Shown here piece by piece: positions 24,103-37,600 of a DNA stretch of 64,000 nucleotides. Location: NCBI RefSeq assembly GCF_009834535.1, contig NC_045696.1:57352001-57416000 (forward strand). The letters are read 5' to 3'. The notes below the pieces were generated by a model. That model saw only the letters and a program-made list of their open reading frames with translations, searched no databases and was not told the DNA's origin. The translations under genes and the position numbers were made by a program. How positions within the stretch are numbered: the stretch's first letter is position 1; each line of letters opens with the position of its first letter. This stretch comes from Camelus ferus. Lineage: Eukaryota.

Positions 24103-26225
24103 TTGGATTTCTGGATCCACACAAGATGGAGTAGATGTATTTCTCCTTATTATTCCCACTAAATATAGATAAAAACCCTGGGTATTATATGTAAAAATGA
24201 ACATAAGATAACTTAGGAAGACGGAGAAGAAGGTGGAGAAGCAGGGGACCCTGGGACTTGAGGAATCACATGGAGGTGAATTCACTGGTTTTTCTTTTTG
24301 AATTCTATATATCCCAAACTGGATAAAGGAGGATCCAACAACCTAGAGCACCAAAGAGTGCTAAGAAAAGTTTGCTCCCTTTTGCCCAAGGACCAGAAAG
24401 GGGCAGACTAGAGACAGAAACATTAATGACAATAACCACCCTACTCCAGGAGACCACCATGGAAAAACTACAGTACTTCCCCACCCCCACTAACAAAATC
24501 CTAGCGGGCCAGACTAGGTTCATCCTTGCCTGGAGGTAACTAGGTGCCCCTCACCCTCCCTGCTGGGTGGGGGCAGAAGGGGCCAAGGCTGTACCCTACA
24601 CCGTCAACAGCACCCAGCAGTGAAGAGCTGCCTCTCTGACCAGCCCCACTTTCACCCTCACTGTGCTGTCAATGGAGACAACACGTGGAGCCTGCGCATC
24701 CACCCCCACCCATAACAAAGGAGAACGTTCCTTTCTGTCCCTGCAGAGGTGGTAACAGAAGAGGTCAGGAGGGAAGTTTGGACTTTGGGCGCTAGCCAGT
24801 GGTAAAAAGGTGCCCCTCCTCAACCGCCCTCTTGTAGTGTCAGTGGAGACTCAGTGGGGAGCCTGGACTTTCACCACTGCTCAGTGATAATCAGGTGCCC
24901 CTCTCCACACCCCTCAGTGGTATCAATGGAGGCCATGTGCGGAGCTTAGGCTTCTACTCTCATCTAACAGTCACGCGGCACTGCTCCCCACTAACTGCAG
25001 TGTCAGTGGAGCACAAGTGGGGATCCCGAACTTCCACTTCTTTCTGGCAGTATCAGGAGAAAAGAGAAAAATAATCAATAAACTGGTTTCATCAAAATTT
25101 AAAAAAACTTCTCAATGGAAGGAGGAAAAAAATAAAATGCAGACTGGGAGAAAGTATTTGCAAGCCACATATCTTACAAAGAGCCTGTATCTGGAATATA
25201 TAAAGAACTCTCAAAACTCAACAGTAAAAATTAACAACCCAATTAGGAAATGGACAAAACAAATGAACAAATACTTTGTCAAAAAGGATATATGGATGTC
25301 AAATAAGCACATAAAAATGTTCACTATTAGTAGCCATTATGCAAATTAAAACCACAACAGCACAGCATACCTATTAAAATCTAAAATATAGTAACAATAT
25401 TGAATGCTGATGAGGATGCAGCATTTGATATTGAAACTGGATCACTCGTATACTGCTGGTAGGAATGAAAAATGATATAGTCATTCTGGAATATAGTTTT
25501 GCAATTCCTTAAAAAAACTAAACATAAACTTACAATACAACCTAGCATTTGTACTCCTGGGCAATTAATTATCCCAGAGAAATTAAAACTTACTGTCCAC
25601 ATAAACACCTATACATAAATGTTTATAGTGGCTTTATTTATAATAACTAAAAATTAGAAACAACACTTAGGTCCTTCAATGGGTGAATGGTTAAAGCGGT
25701 ACATTCATACCATGAATCCTATTCATCAACAAAAAAAATGAAGTATTGATACAATGATGGTGATGGATGTCAAGGGTATTATGCATGAGTAAAGTTAATT
25801 TCAAAATGTTGCTTATTTAAAAAAAATTCCTAGAATGGCAAAATTATAGAGACAGAGAACAGATTAGTGGTTGCCAGAAGTTAGGGATAAGGGGAGGGGA
25901 AGAGGGTGACTATAAACTAGGAGCACAAGGACATATTTGTGATGATGGAGCAGCTGTATATCTGGTTGTAGTGGTGGTTACATGAGGCTGCACATGTGAT
26001 AAAGTTGCACAGAACAATACACATACCTGAGTGAATGTAAACTGGTGAAACCTGCATAAGATCTTTGAATCCTACCAATGTCAAGGTCCTGGTTTTGAAA
26101 TTGTACCACAGTGATGTAAGATGTTACCATTAGAGGAAGCTAGATGAAGGGTATGTGAAAGCTCTCTGTACTGTTTTTGCAACTTCCTACAAATCTATAA
26201 TTATTCCATAATTTTTAAAAAACAA
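24103..26225 (+). mobile_element. Old L1 (L1M4/L1MC-like): 5'UTR-like part joined to ORF2 end and 3'UTR
   Basis: CAAGATGGAGTAG start and about 80-nt monomer repeats (24660-25040); late ORF2 and 3'UTR motifs from about 25060, ending GTACTGTTTTTGCAACTTCC. Confidence 0.7.
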
Positions 26226-26259
26226 AAAGAAGAAAGTTAAAAAGCAGGGATTACCATAC

Positions 26260-26438
26260 CTGAGCTGATGCAGCTCATTCTGCCAGGAGAGGTTTTCCTG
26301 CCTGAGCTCTTCTTGCATTATCTGAAATGTTTTTGTTTTATCTTGATACTCCTGAAGTTGAGCCTTCAATGGACGTAGCTCAGTGATTTCTTGATTAATC
26401 TGTAAGTACTGCTGCTGCAGATTCTTCAGTTCCTTCAG
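26260..26438 (-). CDS. GOLGB1: GOLGB1 exon (about 15) LKELKNLQQQYLQINQEITELRPLKAQLQEYQDKTKTFQIMQEELRQENLSWQNELHQL
   Basis: aag|CTG...AG|gtatg, 179 nt, phase 0 to 2. Confidence 0.95.
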
Positions 26439-27177
26439 CTTTAACCAAAAGGAAAGTAGAAGGTTGATTCACCACATTTCCTTCACCTAGCTGTAAGTCA
26501 TCAGCAGTTCCCTACTAAGTCAGTCAACACCACAACGGACTTCCAGCACCAGACAGTCCAGTGACATCCCTGCAGCACGAAATCTCCAAAATGGTGAAAT
26601 ACATGCAGCCAGGCTGGTGGGAATCTCCCCATGGAGTGGCCATCAAGGCTGCAGAGCCTGACCACTTCTGCAACTTCTATCCCAGCCCCCTGGCCCTAAG
26701 TCCTAAGTTGACTCTAGATCTATAACTCTGAGATGGGATAGACTTACAGCTTCTTGGTGGGTGATAGCTCCCTAGAACAAGAAGTGTAAAGATAGAATGA
26801 CTTTGTTTAGTCATGTGCCCTGGCGAGGCTTCTAAACTTTCCTACATGGATACCAACCTTAATTCTAGCTTAGCTGATGTTGATTATAAAGACTATCATA
26901 CATCCAAAGACTTAAGAGAGAATATTGGAAGTTAGAAACATAGCAGAGATAAAAAATTATAAAGAAAAATTCATTATGAAAAAATTTCAAAGAACAAAAC
27001 TATCACCACTATTCTTGAGAGAGAAATTAAAAACATATAACCATGAGACAAAAAAAAAATCCTTAGAAATCAGGAACATGAGAGAAAAATGAAAATTCAA
27101 TATAGGATTCTTAAATGAAGGTGAGAAAATCTCCCCAAAGTATAGCAAAAAAAAATAAAAAATCCATGTATACTTTA

Positions 27178-27342
27178 TAGCCAGCCCTCAGTATATGCAG
27201 TTCCTTTGTTTCTGTGGTTCTACATTCAGGGAGTCAGCCAATCCCTGATGGTGTAGTACTGTAGTATTTACTAGACAGAGGAAAATATCCATGTATAAGT
27301 GAACCCACGGATTTAAAGCCATGTTGCTCAAGGTCCAACTGT
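27178..27342 (+). mobile_element. MER8/Tigger-type (TcMar) DNA element inside older L1-like sequence
   Basis: GTATAAGTGAACCCACG...CCATGTTGCTCAAGGTCCAACTGTA terminus; TA at both ends. Confidence 0.7.
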
Positions 27343-30300
27343 ATTTCCAGAGAGGTAGATGAGAGATGAGGGAGGGAAGGAGACAGAGACAAAGACAGAT
27401 CACGTAAAAAGGATCAAGGATCAGAAAAGCTCTAGACTCCTGAACCACAATGAAAGCTAAAAGGGAACAGAGCAATGTCTTAACAATTTTGAAGGGAAAT
27501 TATTTTCAGCCTATAATTCTATACCCGGAGTACCAATTAGGTATGAGATGAAAAGACATTTTCAATAAATTTACCTCCCCCATATCATTTCTTAGAGAGC
27601 TACTAAATGATTTATTCCAATATAATGATGGCACAAAACCAAGACAAGGAAAACATGGAATACAAGATACAGGAGAGAAATGAATGGAGATATTCTAGGA
27701 TGAAAACTGTCCTAGGAATACAGGACAGCTGGTTCATAAAAGAGCAACAAAGAGACTTCAATAGAATTTTCTTCCTGAGGACAAAACAGATAGGAATAAA
27801 CATCTTGATAGATGTGGATAAACGGCAGTAAATGTGGGCTTACATTATATTAGTATGCCACAAAGAAAACTAAGTACGTAGTGACAACAAAAGCAGTTAT
27901 TAACTCCAAGAAAAACAAAGATACTGAGGAAAATAAAAGTAACACGTCTCAGGTCTAATAGCTCTTGTCATAGAAATGTAAACATCAAATACTGATTAAT
28001 CAAACTAAGATTAAATTACACCAGGAGAATGGGGAAGAGGTTGTATACTGACAAAGTGCACATATACTGTGGAAAGTACAGTATAGCATACAAAGAGTGG
28101 GTTAAGAGAACTAAACCCTGTTAACATAAAAGAAAGTTAATAGCTAACACAAAGAATGAAAAGCCAAGATGCACTGTAAGCATGATATTTAGATATTGAA
28201 GAAACACCAAAATAATAAAAGGGCTGAAAGCAAATTGCCTCAGAAGGAGAAACAGGGTTGCAAATGCTACTGCTTGTTTTTCTCATCAAACATTGTAGGA
28301 TGTAGTGACTTGTTAAATATGTATGTATAGCTTTATTTTTTAACCAAAAACTAAAATGAAACCATATTTTTATTTTGTTTTAAAGCAAACATATATTCTT
28401 TATGCAATCCACTCATTCCTCTAGTCCAGATACTCTAAATGTTATCCTTGGAATCGAAGATCATCAGAAAGCTGTGTGCCTGGGACTGCATTTTAGTCAC
28501 TTGTAGAGGTACTTTTTTAGTGAATTACACAAAATTCTTTCCCTACGTGCTTACATTAAGGAACAGCTAAATAAAATCCCTATAGAACAAAGCTATATTT
28601 ATTGCAGAGAAGTAAAGAATGTTTCACAACTTCATAGTGTACTCTCTATGGAAACACAGAAGAAACTTCTTGCAGGCCTCAATACTTAAAGAATAACTAT
28701 TCTTATCTGTTCCAAGTAGTTTCCCCTTTTTCCTTTTCTGTAAAATATGGATACTGCAATTTATGCACATAGTTTTGCAATCTCCCACTTCTGATGACTG
28801 CCAGAGCTCAGAGCAAAATTAGTGGTCCATCTTTCTAATAGGATATTATGATATCTCCTTGGGACACTGAACTTACTCCTGGTTTAATCTTTTTGTCTTC
28901 CTTCCCAATTCCTTGTATTATCTTACCTTGAAAAATTGTTCATATCTTTATATGCTACCTCAAATCATTTTGAGAATGAAGTGAGTACAGATAAACAAAA
29001 AGGTACCTCTTGAGATTTGCTCTCCAGCCGTTAGGCAGGAATTACCTAAGTGATTCACTGGATTATGGGAGAGTCCTAAGAAAGTTTGGACAGATATGAA
29101 AACTCTGGAATGTTTTCAGAATTGTTTGTTACACACTAGTAGAATACCCTAGGCTAATTCCTTGCCACTCAGACCCTCATGTGTTATTTGGGAAACTCCC
29201 CCTTGACTAAGTAAAGAAGAGAACCAAAGTAACCTAAACTCCTTTCACATCCAGCTCATCTCTGGGGTGGTCCTGAGGGAAGTGTAGTATAAGCAGAGGT
29301 GACAAACTGATGGCCTAGGCTGAATATTTAAACTGATAGTGATTGAAGTAAGTTATTGCATATGCAGCCAGTGACTGAGAGACCAGAAACATCAACGCTC
29401 ATGAGACAGACTGAGAACAAGATATGTGGAAAAGGAAAGAGTTGATGGACAGTTAGTAATACATTCAGTTAGCATGCAGAAGGGCCTCAGCAGACTGTAG
29501 CAGACCCTGTATGCAATATTGCTGAGGCAGACTGTCGGGCCTTCACATGATTTACACCCTTGCCTAGGCTTTATGATTTACTCATGGCAGATGTAAAAGC
29601 CTCAGTCTCAAAAGTTCCTATAATCCCTATATAACAATTTTACAAAATGGAGAACACAGTGTTCTCAATAACAAGCACACATACAGAGAATGCCCATCAA
29701 TTGTTTATCTACCATATAATTAACTACCCTTATGCTAAAAACCATGCGAAGTATGAACAAGTAGGAGATATGACACTTACTTACCAGAAGTTTGCAATTT
29801 AATTGGGGAAATAAAAAACAATGGTATAGAAATTAAACACACACACCCCCATACACATCAAGGCAATATGGGACAATGAAAAGAGAAGCACTAGGGAAGC
29901 ACAAACAGAAGGTAATGGACAATCAAGTGACCCAGAAATGTAACCAGAGGATTTATGCTCTGGGGCGACCTTTGAAGAGTGGGAAATATTTGCCCAAAAA
30001 AGGAAAATGGAGAGGACATTTTGGTTGAGAGATTAGTAATGTGGGTAAGCAGGAAGTACTGGATATGACTACTGCAGAGTGAGTAGATCAGTTTGGCTGA
30101 AATGAAGACTATGAGGAGGAAAGCAGTAAAAGGGAAGGCTGGAAAGAGGCAAATACAAATTATAGGGTCTTAAAAACCAGACTAAGAGGTTTCAATTCTA
30201 AACCTGCTCTAAAGCTAGAACAATTTTTAAAGGTTATTGAACAGTGCAGTACTAAAGTCATTTCAGAAAGTCTATTCAGAAATGATATATACAATGTATT

Positions 30301-31868
30301 GAAGGGGTAACAAACTGGGAGCAGCAGTATTACAAGGGTAAGGTGTTAGGAACTTATCCTAAGATGTTGAGGATGGAAAGAAAAAAGAAATATTTGAGGC
30401 ACATTGCAAATAAAGAAATGACAGACCTTGATGATTAAATGAAATAAAATTACGAGCCTTAGGGAACAGAAGAACATTACTATGATTTATATAGAAATAA
30501 AATGCTGGCTTGGCTTATAAATATCCTGCAAACAAAAATGTAAAACAGCAGTTGAGAGACAAAGTTTAGTCCCTAGTGTTTAAACAGATAAGAATAGTAA
30601 AGCAATTCACTGAATGAAACATAGCTAATTCAGAATCTATCCTAACAGTGTTCAGGAAAAAGAGTTCGACTTAGAAGATAATCATCACCTGGGTGCTATA
30701 AATTAGAGCTTTGAGGTATACACTGTCCGATAAAAGTCTTTTGCACTTGCATTCTGAAAGTGATGACAAAAGGTTAAGCTCCTGGGACAAAGTTAGCTAA
30801 GTTTAAACTATTTTAAAAATATAAACAAATATGCCTACATTGCATTGATGTCAAAACCACAGCTGAAATGGGGGACTTTGTTCAGATTATAAAAGGAAAA
30901 AGACTCTATAAATATTCAATATTAAATGTAACATGAATGAACACATTACCTACAAAGAAAAAGAAAATTTTGCATAAGATTTTACAGTTAGGAAGAATGA
31001 TCTTATCCCTTAAGGTTAATCTTCAAAACTAGAATTTTCATATTCTAGATTTAAAAATAGAAAATCGAGCCTTTGAAGCTCAATTTATTTCCTATTTGGG
31101 CTTAAGTACATGCCCTTGACAGAGTTAAGAGATCGTCTTTAAAGTGAAGAGAGTAACGTCACAAAGTAGAATCCCCTGACAACCTGGCTGAATGCATATA
31201 TATAGTTTCAGCTTTTGCCTCTAAATCTTGATGACCTAGATGTTTTCAGGAAAAAAAGACCTGGAGTAAAGTCTGGATTCTAATAGAAGCAGCACAATTT
31301 TAGCATGAAAGATCTCCTTATCCTTCTCTCAGATTAAAGAAAAGTTGGGTAATTAAAGGGAAGTGGATAAATGGTTCAATCTGCAAATAAAGCTTTACTA
31401 TAGTCATTTATACTTTTTTTTTTGACAAATTAGGGCTGAGTTATACATAAATACGAGATAAGCTGAGTCTTCTTTACCCTTAATTCTACCAGATTTTGCT
31501 AAACTGTCACCTAAGAAGGGACTAAGTGATCCTGAAACTTTCATTCAATTAAACTATTACAAATTCTGCACACATTTATACATGCATGTATAAATTATAT
31601 AAAATAGTTCTCTATCTCCTACCCCATCTACTTTTATAACCAATGGAGGGTTTTATGCAAAGGAAATCTGTAATTTTTTTAAAACAGCAATGGCAGATTT
31701 AAAGTAATTTAAATAATGTTTCTGTTTCTCCAAGATCAAACCTATGGGATATGCCCAGATCATATGTATAAAAATGTGTTTATCCTTTTCTATAAAAATG
31801 AAAATCAATTTAAAGAAAGGTTCAAAAACTCTCTAACGAAGATTGGAAAGAGAAAACTAGACACTTAC

Positions 31869-33783
31869 TAGCCGGTCTCTGTCATTTTGGAGAGATGACA
31901 TAGCTTTTTTTAAACTCTGTACTTCAGCTGGGTTGGTTGCAGGCTGGGCTGCAGACCTCTGCTTCCCTTCCTCTGATTTGCGGAATTTCTCCAGTTCATT
32001 CAACAGGCGATCTCTCTCGTTCTGCAGACTGGCCATAGCTTTGGAAAAGGACTGCACTTGATTGTAAGAATCTTCTAGTTGTGAGGACAAGTGAAGCAGC
32101 TGCTCATCTTTGGATAGAAGCTGTTGGTTAAGTTTCTCAAGGTGAGGCAAGCTGCTATCCTCAGTGGAGTTCACTGGAAATGCAGCTTTAGCAACAAGAA
32201 CATCTCTCTCTCTGTTTAAAAGGCCCTGTGCTTCTCGCAGCTGTGCCAACTCCTTCAGACTGGAGTCGTGTTTCCTTCTCAGTTCATCAAGCTCCTCATG
32301 GGCATGATCTCTACTATTCTGTAGGGAACTCATAGACCTTCCAAAAGACTGGATTTGTGCTGTGAGATCTTTATTTTCTTTGGTGACCATGAGTAATTTC
32401 TGTTCCATCTCCACCAGATCTCTTGCTAGCTCTGCCACTCTCTCTTCTGCTGTTTCAGTTTCATTTCGCATTATCCCTGCATCATGATGGAGGTGCTTTA
32501 ATTCTTTCTTTAGTTTATCTTCAATTTCACCTACCTTCTTGGCAGCATCCTTCTGAACATGAACCAGTTCCTCTTCCAGTTCTGTAATTCTCTTCTGAGA
32601 GGAGGAAAGGGTAGTAGTTAACTTCTGTACCTCTTCTTCTTTAACTTTCAATTGGGCCTGAAATATTCCTAAAGTACCCTCTTCTTGCAAGGCTGTCAAT
32701 TGTTTCTTTAGTTGGGATATAGACCCTTTCAAGTTCTCAATCTCTTTTGATAAACCTTGTTTCTCCTCCTGTAGGACAAGAGAGGACCTCTGAAGATCCT
32801 CCTTTGCTTCTTCAGACTCCTTGAGCTTTTCTTCTAATTTAGCATATTCACTTTTCAGCTCCTTAGTTTGCTGAAGTTGAGCTTCAAGGAGCTGCTTTTG
32901 CTGACAATCTTTGCTGGATATAACTTGGTTCAGGTCCTCTCTGTATTGGATCAGCTCTGCATCTAGCTTGGCATTCTCAGAATTGAGATCATCCATATGA
33001 CTTCTTAAGCTTCGAATTTCTTCCTTAAGCCTATTATTCTCAGTAGCAGCGTCTTGGATGAGTTGGTCTTTCTCCAAGATCACGGAGAGGTGTCGCTCTT
33101 CCAGCTTTTGGTAGTCACCTACTATGCGGTCTCGGTCATCCTGGAGAGAAGACATGGACTTAACGAAGGAACTCAACTGAGCCTTCTGCTGCATGTTCTC
33201 TTTTTTCATGTTTTTCAGTGTTTCCATAAGCTGATTGGTTTTGTCAACAGCTTTTTTGTTCTCCTCTTCTAAGACAGTATTCTCCTCTTCCTCCTGAGAC
33301 AGCAGATTTTCTAACTCTTTAATTTCTTTATCATGCTGTTGATGTAGTTCAGCAACAGCTACTTGGATTGCCTGCTCCTTGGCAGAAAGCAGGCTTATAA
33401 TCTTCTGCTCTTTCATGTTTATTTCTTCATGCAGCCTACTGGTCAGTTGTTTGGAGGCCTGAAGATCAGTCTCTAGTTGTTCATAACTGAACTTACAATT
33501 TTGGATATCAGCCTCTTGCTGCTTTATGATCCCTTCCAAATTTTCTTTATTTTCCTTATATTTTTCTAAAGAGTTATTTAAATCAGTCAACTGGTCTCTG
33601 AGAATCTTAAGTTCAGATTCCAACTTAGCTAATTCATCCTGAGAATTATGGTATAGATGTCGAGTCTCTTCTAGCTGGGACAAAAGTTCTTTGTTTTCCC
33701 CCTGTAGAGTATCACAGACCTTCTGTTGAAGCTGGACCTCCGTCTGGGCTTTGGATTCCCAAGTCTGTTTGTCATGTTCAAGC
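31869..33783 (-). CDS. GOLGB1: GOLGB1 exon (about 14), 1915-nt coiled-coil exon
   Basis: ORF 31857-33800 (LEHDKQTWESKAQ...KAMSSLQNDRDRL); cag|G...CTA|gtaag, phase 2 to 0. Confidence 0.97.
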
Positions 33784-34667
33784 CTGGAAAAACAGGTCAT
33801 TAATTACAGATTTCAAGGGAAAAGTACTTGCTGTCTAAAGAACACATACTACAACATGTACTCAGATCTGCCAATGAACAAATATTCATAATTGAAGGTG
33901 TTCGTCTTTTTAATAGAGATATTAGTTCTACTGAATGCTTTGTACTAAAGGCATATTGCACCTAAGAATTCACATATTTAAATCATAAACTCCAAAGTAT
34001 CTTGCTAATTTAGTGACAAAGCTTGGGACACTCTGAAAAGTGTCCCAAATTTGGGTTTACTTTGCTTTACACAAGATATTGTCTGGCCTATTAAAAGAAT
34101 AATCTTGGAATGAGAGACAATGAGGAAAACTCTCTCAGAGCAGAAGGATTCTAATAAAAATGAAAGAATGCAAAGTGTGGGGGACATTGTCAGTTCTCAA
34201 GTTTGAAAAGTGATGTAAAATTGGAGTTTGAGGAAAATACCTCTAGCAGGTATATGCAGTATGAATTGATGTGGAATGTGGGGAAGAAAAAAGAGGCAAT
34301 CATTTCAGAGGCTAAGGCAATAATTTGGGGAGTACAATCATTTGTACCATGGTAAAACATTCCGACATGGATAATGGAAATGGAAATGAGAAGAAAGGGA
34401 GAAATCTAAGAGATCTCTCAATAGAAAGATGGGAAGAGAAGCAGATGTGAATTTTTCATCTTAGTACAAGTTGTAACAAAAAGTAATTCGCTGCCCCCTC
34501 CAAAAAATGGGGGGGGGGGGGAGAGTCAGAAGTGAGAGAGAATATATCTTCTGGGGAAATTTAAACCAACATTAGTTCCATAATACTAAAGGGAATAGAA
34601 ATAGTTTAAATAGAGACTTCTTTTGCCTTCAATTACTTTGGAAGTGTAAACAATAAGTTTCATTTAC

Positions 34668-37600
34668 CTAGAAATGTTGATCTTCAATTCCTCCATATGG
34701 ATGGACATCTGTCTAAGCTGATCCTTTAGAACACTGCAATTCTCCTCTTTAAGTCGAATTTCTTCTTCTTTGGTTTGAATAGCATCACTGAACTTCCTCT
34801 CCCATTTCTTGGCTTCATCTATCACCCTGTCCCGATCGTCCTGGAGGGAAGACATGCTCTTAGTGAAAGCTGCAAGCTGGGCCACAGTACTATCCAAGTT
34901 TTCCTGAAGTTGCTTAACTTCCCTGTCTTTCTTGTTCAAAGTAAACTGAATCTCTCCAAATGTCTCTTCTAAGTGGACTTTTTCTCTACTCAAAGCATCC
35001 AGTTTCTCTTGCATATTCTTCTTCTCTTTCAGGTGTTTCTCTTCTACCTGCTCCAGTCTCCGCTCAAGATCTTCATCTTTTTGTTTCATTTGGCTTTTAA
35101 CTGATTCTTTATTTGACTGAAGCTCCTTTTTCAACTTGAGATTGTCTGCTAGGACCCTTGCTGCTTCACTTTGAGTATCATCGAGCAGTACTTTGAAGCT
35201 AGCTAATTCTGTTTCTGCCTTCTTGCGCTGCTCATTGGTTTGAGCCAGGTTTTCTTTGGTTATTTCTAAATCTTTTTGGGACTCAGTCTGAACAAATTCT
35301 AGGGCCTTAACAGTTCTCTCCAGAGCACTTATTTTCTCTTGGTACCTGATGCAATCCTTCTGCAGCTGCTTTACCTCTTGCTGTTTTTCCTTTAACAGCT
35401 CCTGAAGTTCCTTTGCATGGCTCTTATTGCCAGGCCCTTTCTGAGCACCTTGTATTTTCTCCATATATTCCTTTCGTATTTCTGATTCCACCTTAGTTTT
35501 CTCCTTGACTAACTGCTGCTTTTCTTCTTCCAATTCACTCACACACTTTTTAAGGTTCTGCATTTCAGATTCTAGAAGCTCATTTTTTATTTGGGCATCT
35601 GTAACATCCTGATAATAATTCCCAATGCTTCCATTAAGTTCTGCTAATTGATTCATAAGCCTTTCTTCCAAATCATCTTTCTCTTCTTCTGCTGTCTGCT
35701 TTAGCTTGGTAACTCTGGCAAGTTCTTCTTGGATTTGCTCATTTAACAGGTTCATTTTGTTTACTTCTTCCTGAAGCATTTTTAGTTCATCATCCTTTGC
35801 TGCTTTCTGACTCAATAAAGCATCTCTCTCATTTTCTAAAGTTTGGCTAAATTCCCTGTCTTTCTGCTTCTCCTCCTCTAATTCAGTAATTCTTTCTTTG
35901 AGCTGATCAATCTGCTGTAAGTAGTTATTAATTTCATCATGTAAGCTGACATTCTCACGTATATCAACCCTGGCACTGTTCTCTGACAGAACGGATTCTG
36001 AATTTTCAGGCCTTGTGCTCATACTTGGAGAGTCTTGCTTACTAGCCTCACCTGGAACAGATCGGGTTGCCTCTTCAGTGACGTCCATTTGGTTATCATG
36101 TTTCTCAGTGGCCTCTAGGCTAGCTTTTTGGGACACAATACCTTCTATCTGATGTTTTAAATCTTGAACCTCTTCAATTAAAGAGTTCTTCTCAGTTGTT
36201 AAAGCCTCAAACTCCTTAGAAAGAGTTTTATACTCTGTTTTGACCCTTTCTAGTTCCTCCTTCAGGTCAGAATTGGAAGAAAGAAGTGCTTCCATACTAT
36301 CTTTAGATGTACCTCCTGCAGGGTTCACCTCTGCTCTAAGCCGGTCATTCTCTTCTTCCAACTCTAGGATTTTCTGCTGTTTAGATTTAGCAAACTTTCT
36401 CATCTTTTCTTTCATCTCCTCCATTTCCTGTTCAGCTTCCTGCAACTGTTTTTCTGTCTCTTTCTTGTTTGCTTCTGTGCTTCTTAACTTGCCATACAGT
36501 TCTTGCTTCTCTTGCCTCACTGTTTCCACCACATGCTGAATCCTTTCCGCCTCGTTACTAACATTCTCATAGGACTGCAGAAGAATTTCATATTCTTTCT
36601 GTAACTCCTTGTGTTTCTCTTGCCACTCAGTGTTTTCTGCAATCTTAGAACACTTCAAAGACTCAAGTTCCTTCACTAAGTTTTCCTTGTCTTCAGTAAG
36701 ACCCTCTAGAGCTAATTTCAGACTTTCACAAGAACCATTCAGACTTTGATTTTCCATTAAAGATCTGTCCACTTCTGTAATGAGTTTGTCTCTTTCCTCC
36801 TGAAGAAGAGCTAACTTTCCTAAGAATACATCCTTTTCTTTATTTTGAGCAGAAACTTGGTTTTCCACATCTGCCAGAGACTTAGTGAGATGTTCAATAG
36901 TATTTCTGGCCAAAGACAACTCCTCCTGGAGGCTTTTGTTTTCTTTTAGTGCTTCTTTTCGAGAAATAAGAGCAGCTTGCAATTTCCTCTGTATTTGTTG
37001 CTTTGCTTTACTTTCTTCTTCAGTCTCTTCTGGTTTTTGCTTCATTTCGCAGAGCTCCACCTGTAAATGCTTTATCTTCTCATCATGTTCTTTAGCTTGC
37101 ATTTCCAGCTGCATGTGCAGAGCTTTCATTAAATCCTCTTGCTCTGTTCTCTCTGTCTGTACTTTAGTAAGGGCTGCTGCTTTCTCGCTCAGCTGTCCAG
37201 AAAGGTATGTAACTTCTTCTTCCTTTTTGCTTATGAGTTTTCGCAGTTTGTCCTAGTTCAGGCTGTAATTCTCTTAAATGTTCCAGCCCAGCGATTTCTA
37301 GTTGACTGCTTTCCAGTTTCTGCCTTAGGCTTTCTGCATGGGCTTCAGCTTCACGGGACGCTGTCTTGAGACTCTGGATTTCGAAATCCTGTTTATTTAT
37401 CTGCTCTTGTAACTGAAACACCTCTTCTGATTTTTCAGTCAGCTCACTTGTAGTAGAGCTGAGTTTCAATTCTAACTGTTCTTTCTCAGCCTCTGTTTCT
37501 TCCAGCTGGGTCTTAATTTGGGCAATAGCCGCATTGCCCTGCAGAGCACTTGTATCTCCAGAATGGGAGGGCCAGTCTGGGCACAAGTCAGACTCTGAAA

